Positions 27,535 to 34,874 of a stretch of DNA of 41,366 nucleotides are shown here, one piece after another. The stretch spans positions 68,334 through 109,699 of the forward strand of contig CAZPII010000001.1 of assembly GCA_964586485.1 (NCBI GenBank), read 5' to 3'. Position 1 is the first letter of the stretch, and the number at the start of each line of letters is the position of its first letter. The translations under genes and the position numbers were made by a program. The notes beneath the pieces are model-generated. The model was not told the DNA's origin. It saw only the letters and a program-made list of their open reading frames with translations, and searched no databases. Origin of the DNA: an uncultured Atribacterota bacterium (GTDB taxonomy: Bacteria > Atribacterota > Phoenicimicrobiia > Phoenicimicrobiales > Stramentimicrobiaceae).

Positions 27535-29439
27535 ATGGAAATAAAATGTATTAAAGATCAATTAGATTTTTATTCTGATTCTTATTATAATAAGTCAATC
27601 AGTGTTGTGTCTGACGCTGATTTCGACATGATCAAAAGTTTATATGAAGAATTATCAGGAGAACCTTATAATCAAGTTGGTTATAGGCCAATTAGTAATG
27701 AATTAAAAAAGGTTTCCAGAGATATTCCAATGCTGTCATTGGACAAGATAAAATCAGAGATAGAAGTAAAGAAATGGTTTAAGAATAAATTTAAAAATGA
27801 AATTTATTTAATGCCAAAATTAGATGGTGTCTCACTTGAACTAAAATATTTATATGGTGTCTTGGTGCAGGGCGTTACGCGCGGCAACGGTTTGGTTGGC
27901 GAAGATGTCACGCATAACGCTTTAAGAATTAAAAGTATTCCTAATTTTTGTAAACGTTTTAGTAAATATTCAACTATTTTTATAAGAGGCGAAGTTTTAA
28001 TAAATAAAGAAAATTTTGCTAAAATAAAATCTAAATCTGATGAATTTGTTTCAGCTAGAAATCTTGCATCTGGGACCTTAAGATTAAAAGATAGTTCAAA
28101 AATTGATGAAAGGTATCCAGAATTTATTGCTTATGAAGTTTTTCAAACTAATAGATATAATTATAATTTTGAAAAACAATTGCTTCTGTTACAAAGAGCC
28201 GGATTTAATGTTATTGATAATAATATGGTGTTTATTAGTGATGACAGGGATTGCGAGAATTTAATTAATAATCTTTTATCTTTTAAAGATTTATCAAATA
28301 AATATGAGATTGATGGTGCTGTTATAAGACTGAATAATAAAAAGGTTTGCAGGAATTTAGGAGAAAATGATTATTCTCCAAAATGGTCTTTTGCTTATAA
28401 ATTTGCAAATCAAAAAGCAAAAACATGTATTAAAGATATAAAATGGCAGGTTTCACATACAGGAAGAATTAATCCTGTAGCTATTTTGAAACCAGTTGAA
28501 GTTTCTGGTGTTTTAATCAAACAAGCTTCATTGCATAATCTTGATTATATAAAGAATTTAAATTTAAAGAAAAACTGCACTGTTATTATAGAAAGAGCAA
28601 ATGATGTTATACCTTATATATGTAAGGCTTTAAAAAATGGTGAAGGCGAATTTGAAATACCCAAAAAATGTCCTTCATGTAATTCTTTTTTAGAAATTGG
28701 TGAAAATAAGCAATTTTTATATTGTAAAAATAAAAAATGTATTTCAATCTTAGAGCAAAAAATATTATTATTTTTTAATATACTTGATGTTAAAGGTGTT
28801 GGCGCTATAGCTGCTAAAAATATTGCAGAAGATTTATCTTTTAATGATTTAAATGAATTATCACTTTTATCTAAAGATGTTGATTATTTTATTAATATAG
28901 TGAAATCAAAAAAGAATGGTGTAAAAATATATAATAATTTACAAAATGTGTTAGAATCATTAAATGATTATCAAGCATTAGCTTTATTAGGTATACCGGG
29001 GATATCAGTAGTTTTAGCAAAAATAATTTTAAAACATTTTGAATTCAATAAACTGATAGAATGCAGTGTTGATGATTTTAATAGTATTAATGGTATTGGT
29101 GATAAACTAAGTTCAGATTTATTTAATAGTTTAAAGGATGAATATATCTTAGAAAGATTTAGTGTTCTTTCATTATATATAAGAAATAATATTTCTAAAA
29201 AGAAAGTTTTAGGAACTAATTTTAATGGTAAGAAATTTTGTATCACAGGCACATTACCGGTTAAAAGGAAAGATTTAATAAAAACAATAGAAGATCACAA
29301 TGGTCAATATACAAATACAGTTTCTGGTCAAACGGATTTTTTAATTACAGCTCGTTTGATTGGTAATAAAATTGAATCAGCTCAAAGACTTGGTGTAAAA
29401 TGTATAACTTATGAAGAATTTTTAGAACTTATTAGTTAA
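27535..29439 (+). CDS. ligA: NAD-dependent DNA ligase
   Basis: Adenylation motif MPKLDGVSLELKY, GVTRGNGLVGEDVT, zinc finger CPSCNSFL...CKNKKC, HhH-rich region, and C-terminal BRCT (GKKFCITGTL). Confidence 0.9.
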   Translation: MEIKCIKDQLDFYSDSYYNKSISVVSDADFDMIKSLYEELSGEPYNQVGYRPISNELKKVSRDIPMLSLDKIKSEIEVKKWFKNKFKNEIYLMPKLDGVSLELKYLYGVLVQGVTRGNGLVGEDVTHNALRIKSIPNFCKRFSKYSTIFIRGEVLINKENFAKIKSKSDEFVSARNLASGTLRLKDSSKIDERYPEFIAYEVFQTNRYNYNFEKQLLLLQRAGFNVIDNNMVFISDDRDCENLINNLLSFKDLSNKYEIDGAVIRLNNKKVCRNLGENDYSPKWSFAYKFANQKAKTCIKDIKWQVSHTGRINPVAILKPVEVSGVLIKQASLHNLDYIKNLNLKKNCTVIIERANDVIPYICKALKNGEGEFEIPKKCPSCNSFLEIGENKQFLYCKNKKCISILEQKILLFFNILDVKGVGAIAAKNIAEDLSFNDLNELSLLSKDVDYFINIVKSKKNGVKIYNNLQNVLESLNDYQALALLGIPGISVVLAKIILKHFEFNKLIECSVDDFNSINGIGDKLSSDLFNSLKDEYILERFSVLSLYIRNNISKKKVLGTNFNGKKFCITGTLPVKRKDLIKTIEDHNGQYTNTVSGQTDFLITARLIGNKIESAQRLGVKCITYEEFLELIS

Positions 29440-29451
29440 GAGGAAATATTT

Positions 29452-30081
29452 ATGACTACTAATTTTAAAGAAAAATTTTGTATTTTTTTGTCAAATAATA
29501 AAGACATTATTAAGGAAATGTGTGAATATAAACTGTTTTGCGAAGGTAGTATTATTTTGACTTTATTAGATGAAATAAAAATTGAATACTATAATGATAA
29601 TGTATTCATTACCTTAGTTAAAAACGCTTCTAATCCAGTGTATATTGATAAAAATTTGGTTCCTTTTGTTTTAGAGCTTTTTAGTGGTTATTTTGTTCAC
29701 GAAATAATATTATCCACGAACCTGACAGATTTTTGTAAAGTTGTTGAATTTTTAGAAAATCAGTATAATTTTTCTGATGATTTGCAAAAATCTATAATTT
29801 TACTTGATATGATATGTAAAATGTTTAATATTATGCCAGAGGATTTTACCAAATTTTCAAAATATATGGAAACCTCTAATTCTTTAGGAGAAAAAATTAA
29901 TCCAAATGAAGAATTGATTCATAAAACTTTATACGGAACTAAAGATAAAATTTTAGTTCATAAAATTCAGTGTAAAGATAAAGATGAGTTTTCAGAAAAA
30001 TTATTTAGTTTTATGTCAAAAATTTGTCATGATATTATAAAACAGACAGATGGATTAAATAGTGAAGAAAATGAAGAATAA
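29452..30081 (+). CDS. hypothetical protein
   Basis: 209-aa ORF with a GAGG RBS. No motif recognised. Confidence 0.55.
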   Translation: MTTNFKEKFCIFLSNNKDIIKEMCEYKLFCEGSIILTLLDEIKIEYYNDNVFITLVKNASNPVYIDKNLVPFVLELFSGYFVHEIILSTNLTDFCKVVEFLENQYNFSDDLQKSIILLDMICKMFNIMPEDFTKFSKYMETSNSLGEKINPNEELIHKTLYGTKDKILVHKIQCKDKDEFSEKLFSFMSKICHDIIKQTDGLNSEENEE

Positions 30082-30361
30082 TATTAGTCCTGAGAGAATT
30101 AAAATAATTAAGAATTTACTTAAAACATTGCTTAAAGAATGTAAAACCAGAAAAGGTAATGTTAGAGCTATTGCTGAAAAAAATAACGGAATGATTCATT
30201 ACGAGACTTGTAAAGAATTGCTTATTTGGGACGAAAAGAAATTAACTTTTATTTTAGATTTAATTGAAAATAAAAAGATTAGCCCCAAAGATAGCGCAGA
30301 ACAAATGACACTTGAAGAAAAAATTGAAATTCTTAAAAAAGAAAGAAGAGAAAAATGCTAG
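30062..30361 (+). CDS. hypothetical protein
   Basis: 99-aa ORF. Start is GTG 30062 or ATG 30071. Helical and K/E-rich. Confidence 0.45.
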   Translation: MKKMKNNISPERIKIIKNLLKTLLKECKTRKGNVRAIAEKNNGMIHYETCKELLIWDEKKLTFILDLIENKKISPKDSAEQMTLEEKIEILKKERREKC

Positions 30362-30594
30362 CTGTTGTTAAAATGAAAAATTCTAGTCAATTAAATAATA
30401 TTCATATTCTCAGTGGCAATTATGAGGATGAAGAAGATTATTATTTAAAGACTAAAAATACAAGTGTTTTTGAATTATTAGGACTTTTTGATCCTATTAG
30501 AAATAAATATTTTCCTATTTTTAATTATTCTAGTACTAAGATTTCTGTCAGATCACTAAGCACTATCCAAAGTCAGCGTGAGGACATATATTAA
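30355..30594 (+). CDS. hypothetical protein
   Basis: 79-aa ORF overlapping the upstream stop. Weak RBS. Confidence 0.4.
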   Translation: MLAVVKMKNSSQLNNIHILSGNYEDEEDYYLKTKNTSVFELLGLFDPIRNKYFPIFNYSSTKISVRSLSTIQSQREDIY

Positions 30595-30654
30595 GGTTTT
30601 GCTTAGTATTTTAAAGAATCATAAAGTATTAAAACAAACTTATTTCATTATACC

Positions 30655-30678
30655 TGTATAATATGTATAATGTATAAT
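30655..30678 (+). promoter_or_regulatory. three tandem/overlapping TGTATAAT (extended -10-like) elements
   Basis: TGTATAAT at 30655-30662, 30664-30671 and 30671-30678, 26-49 nt upstream of the XRE gene ATG. Confidence 0.45.
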
Positions 30679-30703
30679 ACATATTTGTTTAAGGAGAAAA
30701 GTT

Positions 30704-30916
30704 ATGATTAGCATAAAATTAAAAGAAACAGCAAAAAATAAAAAGGGTTGGAGTTTATATAAACTTGCTAAAAAATTAAACATGCCCAATCAAACAATCT
30801 ATGGCTGGAGTAACGGTAGGACCCAGCCGTCTTATGAAAATATAAACCTGCTTTGCTCGACTCTAAATTGTCAAGTTAACGATTTATTTGAATTTGTTGC
30901 CGAAAAAGAGGTTTGA
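30704..30916 (+). CDS. XRE/Cro-CI-family helix-turn-helix protein
   Basis: WSLYKLAKKLNMPNQTIYGWSNGRTQPSYENINLLCSTLNCQVNDLF is a classic HTH_3 pattern. AAGGAG RBS. Confidence 0.8.
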   Translation: MISIKLKETAKNKKGWSLYKLAKKLNMPNQTIYGWSNGRTQPSYENINLLCSTLNCQVNDLFEFVAEKEV

Positions 30917-30918
30917 GA

Positions 30919-31386
30919 ATGAAAACATTTACTTATAAAAAGCTGATGTCTTGGGACCCGTGCTATGACCCGGTTGAAATTGGCATGCCAGAGAATTGGC
31001 AAGGCACTATCTTTGAATGGATTGATGAATTCAGGGGTAAAGTTAAAAACCCGACAGATGTACTCTGGGTGGTTTTGCGGAATGATTTTATGACAGACCA
31101 GAAATTAAGACTATATGCTTGCTGGTGCGCCGAAGAAGCCTTGAAGTTGATAGATAATCCAGACCGCCGAAGTATCCAAACAATCGAAATGGCTAAAAAA
31201 TATGCAGTTGGCGAGGCTACAGCTAAAGAGTTAATTACTGTTAATGCCGACGCTTGGATTACGGCTCTTGATGCGGCTTGGCTTGCAGCTTGTGATCAGG
31301 CTTGGTTTGCAGCTCGTGCAGCAACTAGTGAAAAACAGATAGATAAGTTAATAGAATTTTTACAAAAAGAAAACTTGTACATGTAG
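30919..31386 (+). CDS. all-helical protein resembling the Imm5-like putative immunity family (low confidence)
   Basis: LRLYACWCAEEALKLIDNPDRRSIQTIEMAKKYAVGEATAKEL followed by the Ala/Trp-rich DAWITALDAAWLAACDQAWFAARAA. ATG 30919 follows GAGG. GC is clearly higher than in neighbouring genes. Confidence 0.35.
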   Translation: MKTFTYKKLMSWDPCYDPVEIGMPENWQGTIFEWIDEFRGKVKNPTDVLWVVLRNDFMTDQKLRLYACWCAEEALKLIDNPDRRSIQTIEMAKKYAVGEATAKELITVNADAWITALDAAWLAACDQAWFAARAATSEKQIDKLIEFLQKENLYM

Positions 31387-31473
31387 ATCTTGTTGATTGA
31401 TGTTTAGTTATACTTTTAAAAATGTCATAATAATAATGAATTGTTATGCATTTTTATTTGGAGTTAGTAGTCT

Positions 31474-31596
31474 ATGGAAATATGTTTAGGTTTAATTGTT
31501 TTGATATTTTTTATGGTAGGAATTGTAGCGGCTATTTTATTTATTATAGCTGTTATAATTGGTATTCTATCAAGAGCAGGAGCGAAGAAAAAATAA
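31474..31596 (+). CDS. 40-aa single-TM hydrophobic peptide with a lysine tail (not in the ORF track)
   Basis: Hand translation gives MEICLGLIVLIFFMVGIVAAILFIIAVIIGILSRAGAKKK*. GGAG lies 10 nt upstream. Its TAA overlaps the next ATG (TAAATG). Confidence 0.5.
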   Translation: MEICLGLIVLIFFMVGIVAAILFIIAVIIGILSRAGAKKK

Positions 31597-31800
31597 ATGG
31601 ATAAAGAAGAAGATAAAATCCCGTTCATAATTTCTAACACTATTGTATTAAGTATTACACTGTTTTTTGTTATTTTTCCAGAAAGAATTTTGGGCATCGA
31701 ATTAGCCTCTCACTGGTTTATTACTGCGCTCAGAATATATATAACAATTGGTATTGGTATGTATATTTATTCTTTAATTAAAATTTCAGAAGATACTTAA
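31597..31800 (+). CDS. 67-aa two-TM membrane protein
   Basis: Hydrophobic spans IPFIISNTIVLSITLFFVIF and WFITALRIYITIGIGMYIYSLI. Translationally coupled to the 40-aa peptide. Confidence 0.5.
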   Translation: MDKEEDKIPFIISNTIVLSITLFFVIFPERILGIELASHWFITALRIYITIGIGMYIYSLIKISEDT

Positions 31801-31817
31801 TTTTTCTTAATAAATTA

Positions 31818-31846
31818 TTGACGTAAAAATAAGTTTAAGCAATACT
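31818..31846 (+). promoter_or_regulatory. sigma-70-like promoter TTGACG-N17-AATACT
   Basis: TTGACG at 31818-31823 and AATACT at 31841-31846. A predicted start near 31854 coincides with the 5' arm of the closing helix of the ncRNA candidate. Confidence 0.4.
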
Positions 31847-31853
31847 ATATATT

Positions 31854-31996
31854 GGCTGTTAGATATGCCTCTGGGCAAATGACGATTCGGCCGATAGTTA
31901 GAAATAAAGTATTTATACTTGATCTGACTGTTGTTTAGCACTAAGTTATCGGACAGCCACCCCGAAAACCTCCATTATTAACAAATGGGGGTTTTC
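31854..31996 (+). ncRNA. candidate structured non-coding RNA, unknown class
   Basis: There is no credible ORF here. GC is well above the local background. 5' GGCUGUU (31854-31860) pairs with GACAGCC (31952-31958), and CCGAUA (31889) pairs with UAUCGG (31947). It has its own promoter and a 13-bp terminal hairpin. Confidence 0.4.
31964..31996 (+). terminator. strong hairpin / terminator
   Basis: GAAAACCTCCATT (31964-31976) pairs with AATGGGGGTTTTC (31984-31996): 13 bp with one G-U, 7-nt loop. The A-tract/T-tract arms look like a bidirectional terminator. Confidence 0.6.
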
Positions 31997-32035
31997 TGTA
32001 TTAGTGCTTTTGTTCATTTTATGTCTCCAGATTAG

Positions 32036-32063
32036 CGTCAAAACAGTATTTTGACGTTTTATT
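32036..32063 (+). terminator. Rho-independent terminator
   Basis: CGTCAAAA (32036-32043) / TTTTGACG (32049-32056), followed by TTTTATT. Confidence 0.65.
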
Positions 32064-32115
32064 ATGCTTTGAAATTTGTTATAATCAATATATGAAACAA
32101 AAACAAGGAGCAAAA

Positions 32116-32256
32116 ATGAGTTCAACTGAAGACAATAAATGTAAAATGTGCGGAAGAACTGTTCATATCGATGAATATGAGCATAATGTATCTGAAATCC
32201 GTGAATGGATTGAAGATAAAATTTGCAAAGATTGTCTTAAAAAATATAGTAGTTAA
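32116..32256 (+). CDS. 46-aa zinc-ribbon miniprotein (not in the ORF track)
   Basis: Hand translation gives MSSTEDNKCKMCGRTVHIDEYEHNVSEIREWIEDKICKDCLKKYSS*. AAGGAG lies 6-7 nt upstream. An extended -10 TGTTATAAT lies upstream. Confidence 0.55.
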   Translation: MSSTEDNKCKMCGRTVHIDEYEHNVSEIREWIEDKICKDCLKKYSS

Positions 32257-32274
32257 ATAGGAAGGAGATTTGAT

Positions 32275-32493
32275 ATGGATAATGAAGCACTGACTTTAAA
32301 ACAAACTATTGAGATTAGAATTAGAGAACGTGAAAGAGCAAAGATTGTCTTAAAAAATAAATCATCTTTGTTTTTAAAAATAAGAAACAAAATAGACGAT
32401 TTTTTAGAGAAAAAAGACAGAGAGACAAAAGAAAAAATTAAAGAGCTAGAGGAAAGAATTAAGGAGCTAGAGGAAATAAAAGAGAAAATATGA
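32275..32493 (+). CDS. hypothetical coiled-coil miniprotein
   Basis: 72 aa with an AAGGAG RBS. Contains a 21-nt tandem duplication (32437-32457 / 32458-32478) encoding IKELEER / IKELEEI. Confidence 0.5.
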   Translation: MDNEALTLKQTIEIRIRERERAKIVLKNKSSLFLKIRNKIDDFLEKKDRETKEKIKELEERIKELEEIKEKI

Positions 32494-32870
32494 TTGAATT
32501 TCTGAAATTAAAAGATGATAATTTTATTATTTATTATCTACCGAACTTCTCTAAATTAGATGTTTTAGAGAAGTTCGATAAAGACCATATTGTTTATAGA
32601 ATAAATACCAAATTGCAAGATCAAATTTGGTATTTTAAAAAGACTATACCAATTGATATTCAAAAATATTGTTATATTATCTGGATTGAAAAAACAGCCC
32701 TTGTATACAGGGTTGTTATTTTATTTAAGAAAAATTCAAAAATGCTTATTTTAGCAAAAGGATCATTATGCAGTAATACAATAAAAAATAGTATAAAATT
32801 AAATGTTATTTATAGCAATCTAAGGGAAACAGTACATTTAGTTAAAACGGAAAGGAGCAAAAATGGTTGA
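32490..32870 (+). CDS. hypothetical protein
   Basis: 126-aa ORF with an ATGA overlap to the upstream gene. Confidence 0.5.
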   Translation: MIEFLKLKDDNFIIYYLPNFSKLDVLEKFDKDHIVYRINTKLQDQIWYFKKTIPIDIQKYCYIIWIEKTALVYRVVILFKKNSKMLILAKGSLCSNTIKNSIKLNVIYSNLRETVHLVKTERSKNG

Positions 32871-33264
32871 CGTATATTGCTGTAATTGTCAAGAGCCTTG
32901 GGAAGTCTTGGGATTATTAGACGATGATGGACTCACAGAGGCGCATAAAGATCATGATTTTAGTAAAGGTAGCGTGGTTAAATTTGGATTTGATGAAGAG
33001 TTTGTTGCCGATTTTTATATAAGCAACACTGAAATAGAGCATTTTTTACTTTTAAAATGCGCCTGTTGTAAAGTTCCGCCAAAATGCCCGGTGTGCAAAG
33101 GGTATTTAGAGCTAAGCGATTATAACGAGGCAAAAAATTGTTATAAATGTTCTAATTGTAAACATATTGTTGAATTAGATAATACTATTTATAATCCAAA
33201 ACGTTGTGAATCGTGTGGGGAAGCAATACCTTATTATAAAGATACCTGTGAGTTTTGTGGATAG
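32863..33264 (+). CDS. cysteine-rich multi-zinc-ribbon protein
   Basis: 133 aa with an AAGGAG RBS. Cysteine pairs: CCNC, CACC, CPVC, CYKCSNC, CESC, CEFC. Confidence 0.6.
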   Translation: MVDVYCCNCQEPWEVLGLLDDDGLTEAHKDHDFSKGSVVKFGFDEEFVADFYISNTEIEHFLLLKCACCKVPPKCPVCKGYLELSDYNEAKNCYKCSNCKHIVELDNTIYNPKRCESCGEAIPYYKDTCEFCG

Positions 33265-33268
33265 AAAT

Positions 33269-33520
33269 ATGCGACTTATTTATTTGGTAAAAAACATTAA
33301 AAATAAGAATTTAGAAATCAGTAAATCTGAGCAAATGAAATCTTCTGGTTATAAGTATATTTTAATTCATAAAGAAAATGCTGTTGATAATATTTACACC
33401 AGATCAATAAATGAAATTAGTGAAAGATTAATTTATTATGGTGACTTTGGTTCTTTTACTTGTGTTACAATTGACAGATATATAGAAGAATTGAAAAAAC
33501 TCTTGCATCCAGAAAATTGA
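33269..33520 (+). CDS. hypothetical protein
   Basis: ATG 33269 (MRLIYLVKNIK...) lies just after the upstream stop. The 33206 start would overlap the previous gene by 59 nt. Confidence 0.45.
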   Translation: MRLIYLVKNIKNKNLEISKSEQMKSSGYKYILIHKENAVDNIYTRSINEISERLIYYGDFGSFTCVTIDRYIEELKKLLHPEN

Positions 33521-33538
33521 AATTATTAAGGATTTAGT

Positions 33539-34009
33539 ATGAAATTAAAAAATATCTTTTGTCTTGGTATTGAATTTTTAACCCTTCCACAATATAGGCG
33601 CGAAGGCGCTGTTATATCAATTGTTAATCCTGATTCCAAAAGATGTGATTATGACAAAGATTTAAATGAAATTCCTATAGATTATTCTATTTATAATAGA
33701 AAATTATTTATTGAATTTATAGAGTTTGACTATGAGCACATAGAGATATTAAAAGAAAGAAATGAATTAGATAAATATAAAATATTCAGTGAAGAATTGG
33801 CTTTAGAAATAATTGATTTTGTAGATTCAATTAAGTTAAATACAGAAAATTTAACTGTTCATTGTGAAGCTGGTATTTGCAGGTTGCCTGCTATTGGTCA
33901 TTCTATAAGTGAATTATTTAAGATTTCAAATTGTTATTCACATGTTATGCCGGATCATAGATTTATTAAAGATACAATGGAAAAAATTTACTATAATAGA
34001 TTTAAATAA
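33539..34009 (+). CDS. CX5R protein-tyrosine/dual-specificity phosphatase-like protein
   Basis: HCEAGICR at nt 33860-33883 matches the H-C-x5-R P-loop of cysteine phosphatases. 156 aa with an AAGGA RBS. Confidence 0.5.
   Translation: MKLKNIFCLGIEFLTLPQYRREGAVISIVNPDSKRCDYDKDLNEIPIDYSIYNRKLFIEFIEFDYEHIEILKERNELDKYKIFSEELALEIIDFVDSIKLNTENLTVHCEAGICRLPAIGHSISELFKISNCYSHVMPDHRFIKDTMEKIYYNRFK
33661..33698 (+). repeat. 38-nt direct repeat, copy 1 (inside the phosphatase-like gene)
   Basis: TTTAAATGAAATTCCTATAGATTATTCTATTTATAATA. The last 24 nt are identical to 34015-34038, and 35/38 nt match overall. Confidence 0.85.
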
Positions 34010-34038
34010 AGTTTCTATAGATTATTCTATTTATAATA
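34001..34038 (+). repeat. 38-nt direct repeat, copy 2 (spans the stop codon of the phosphatase-like gene)
   Basis: TTTAAATAAAGTTTCTATAGATTATTCTATTTATAATA, 340 nt downstream of copy 1. Confidence 0.85.
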
Positions 34039-34070
34039 TTTAAGTATGTTTAAGATCAAATGAAACTTAT

Positions 34071-34107
34071 ATCATTGTACTTATATATTTGATATTATAT
34101 AAATATG
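34071..34107 (+). promoter_or_regulatory. conserved promoter-like element, copy A (ATCATTGTAC-N17-TATAAA)
   Basis: 33/37 nt are identical to 38271-38307. TTGTAC at 34075-34080 and TATAAA at 34098-34103, with 17-nt spacing. Confidence 0.5.
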
Positions 34108-34127
34108 TTAAACAAAAAGGAGGTAAA

Positions 34128-34475
34128 TTGATACTGGAATTAAATAATAAATCAAAAAGAGATGAGGAAGGCAGGGTTAAAGAATTTGATGAATTGGTTT
34201 CGTCTTATAGAGAGATGGATCTATCATGGCCTCTTTGGCCATTACCCGGAGAGGATATATATGATACTCTTTGGTTTGAATTTAAAGAAGTCAAAGAAAA
34301 GCTTATATTGAAAAAAGTCAGAGCACATTTACACACAAAAGCTTTTAGAGAGCTTTTGTGTGCTTTGGGCAAAAATGTAAAAGATATAAAATATGAAAGA
34401 AATGAGCTGGGCGGCTCATATGTTATATGTAAACTAGAATCCTTTTCAAAAGGTAACAAGATGGAGGTAATTTAA
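34128..34475 (+). CDS. hypothetical protein
   Basis: TTG at 34128 lies 5 nt after AAAGGAGGT. The annotated 34089 start lies inside the promoter-like element. Confidence 0.5.
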   Translation: MILELNNKSKRDEEGRVKEFDELVSSYREMDLSWPLWPLPGEDIYDTLWFEFKEVKEKLILKKVRAHLHTKAFRELLCALGKNVKDIKYERNELGGSYVICKLESFSKGNKMEVI

Positions 34476-34873
34476 TGCAGAGATCAATTCAAGATTTGGA
34501 AAATAATAAAATAGCTGCTGAATTAGCAGATTATATTAGTAAGTATTTTAATTATGGCTTATCTGGATATGGCGACACAGAGGCGTTAATATATCATCTA
34601 AGTAAAAAAATGCATAATTCAATTCAACCAAAACTGGTTGAATTTTGTTTTAGATGGATAAAAAACATGGGAACTTGCAAATATACGTCTATTGATGGAC
34701 GAAATGGATTTGCATTCAGAGCTTGTGCTGAAATTATGGATCGGTGCCCTGATCAAATTAATTTTAAAAACACACTTTATATTGACAGTCGAATTGATTG
34801 TCAAGATAGAGAAATGGTGTTAAATAGAATAAAAATGTTTAAGAAGGATAATGAATATATAGAGGAGAACTAG
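34475..34873 (+). CDS. hypothetical protein
   Basis: 132 aa with a GGAGG RBS and TAATG coupling. Confidence 0.55.
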   Translation: MQRSIQDLENNKIAAELADYISKYFNYGLSGYGDTEALIYHLSKKMHNSIQPKLVEFCFRWIKNMGTCKYTSIDGRNGFAFRACAEIMDRCPDQINFKNTLYIDSRIDCQDREMVLNRIKMFKKDNEYIEEN

Positions 34874-34874
34874 T

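Noticed and set aside
31464-31697. 77-aa minus-strand ORF spanning the 31.5-kb membrane-peptide region.
   Set aside because: The + strand carries two translationally coupled ORFs with an RBS (31474-31596 and 31597-31800). The minus ORF is their hydrophobic mirror image.
31474-31800. Canonical holin-endolysin lysis cassette.
   Set aside because: No lysin, amidase, muramidase or spanin-like ORF is adjacent. The holin call is therefore not supported, and these are kept as generic membrane peptides.
31854-31959. tRNA or tmRNA reading of the ncRNA candidate (7-bp acceptor-like helix followed by ACCC).
   Set aside because: At about 106 nt it is too long. No D-arm, anticodon arm or T-arm (GTTCRANYC-like) can be folded in the expected positions, and the 3' end is not CCA.
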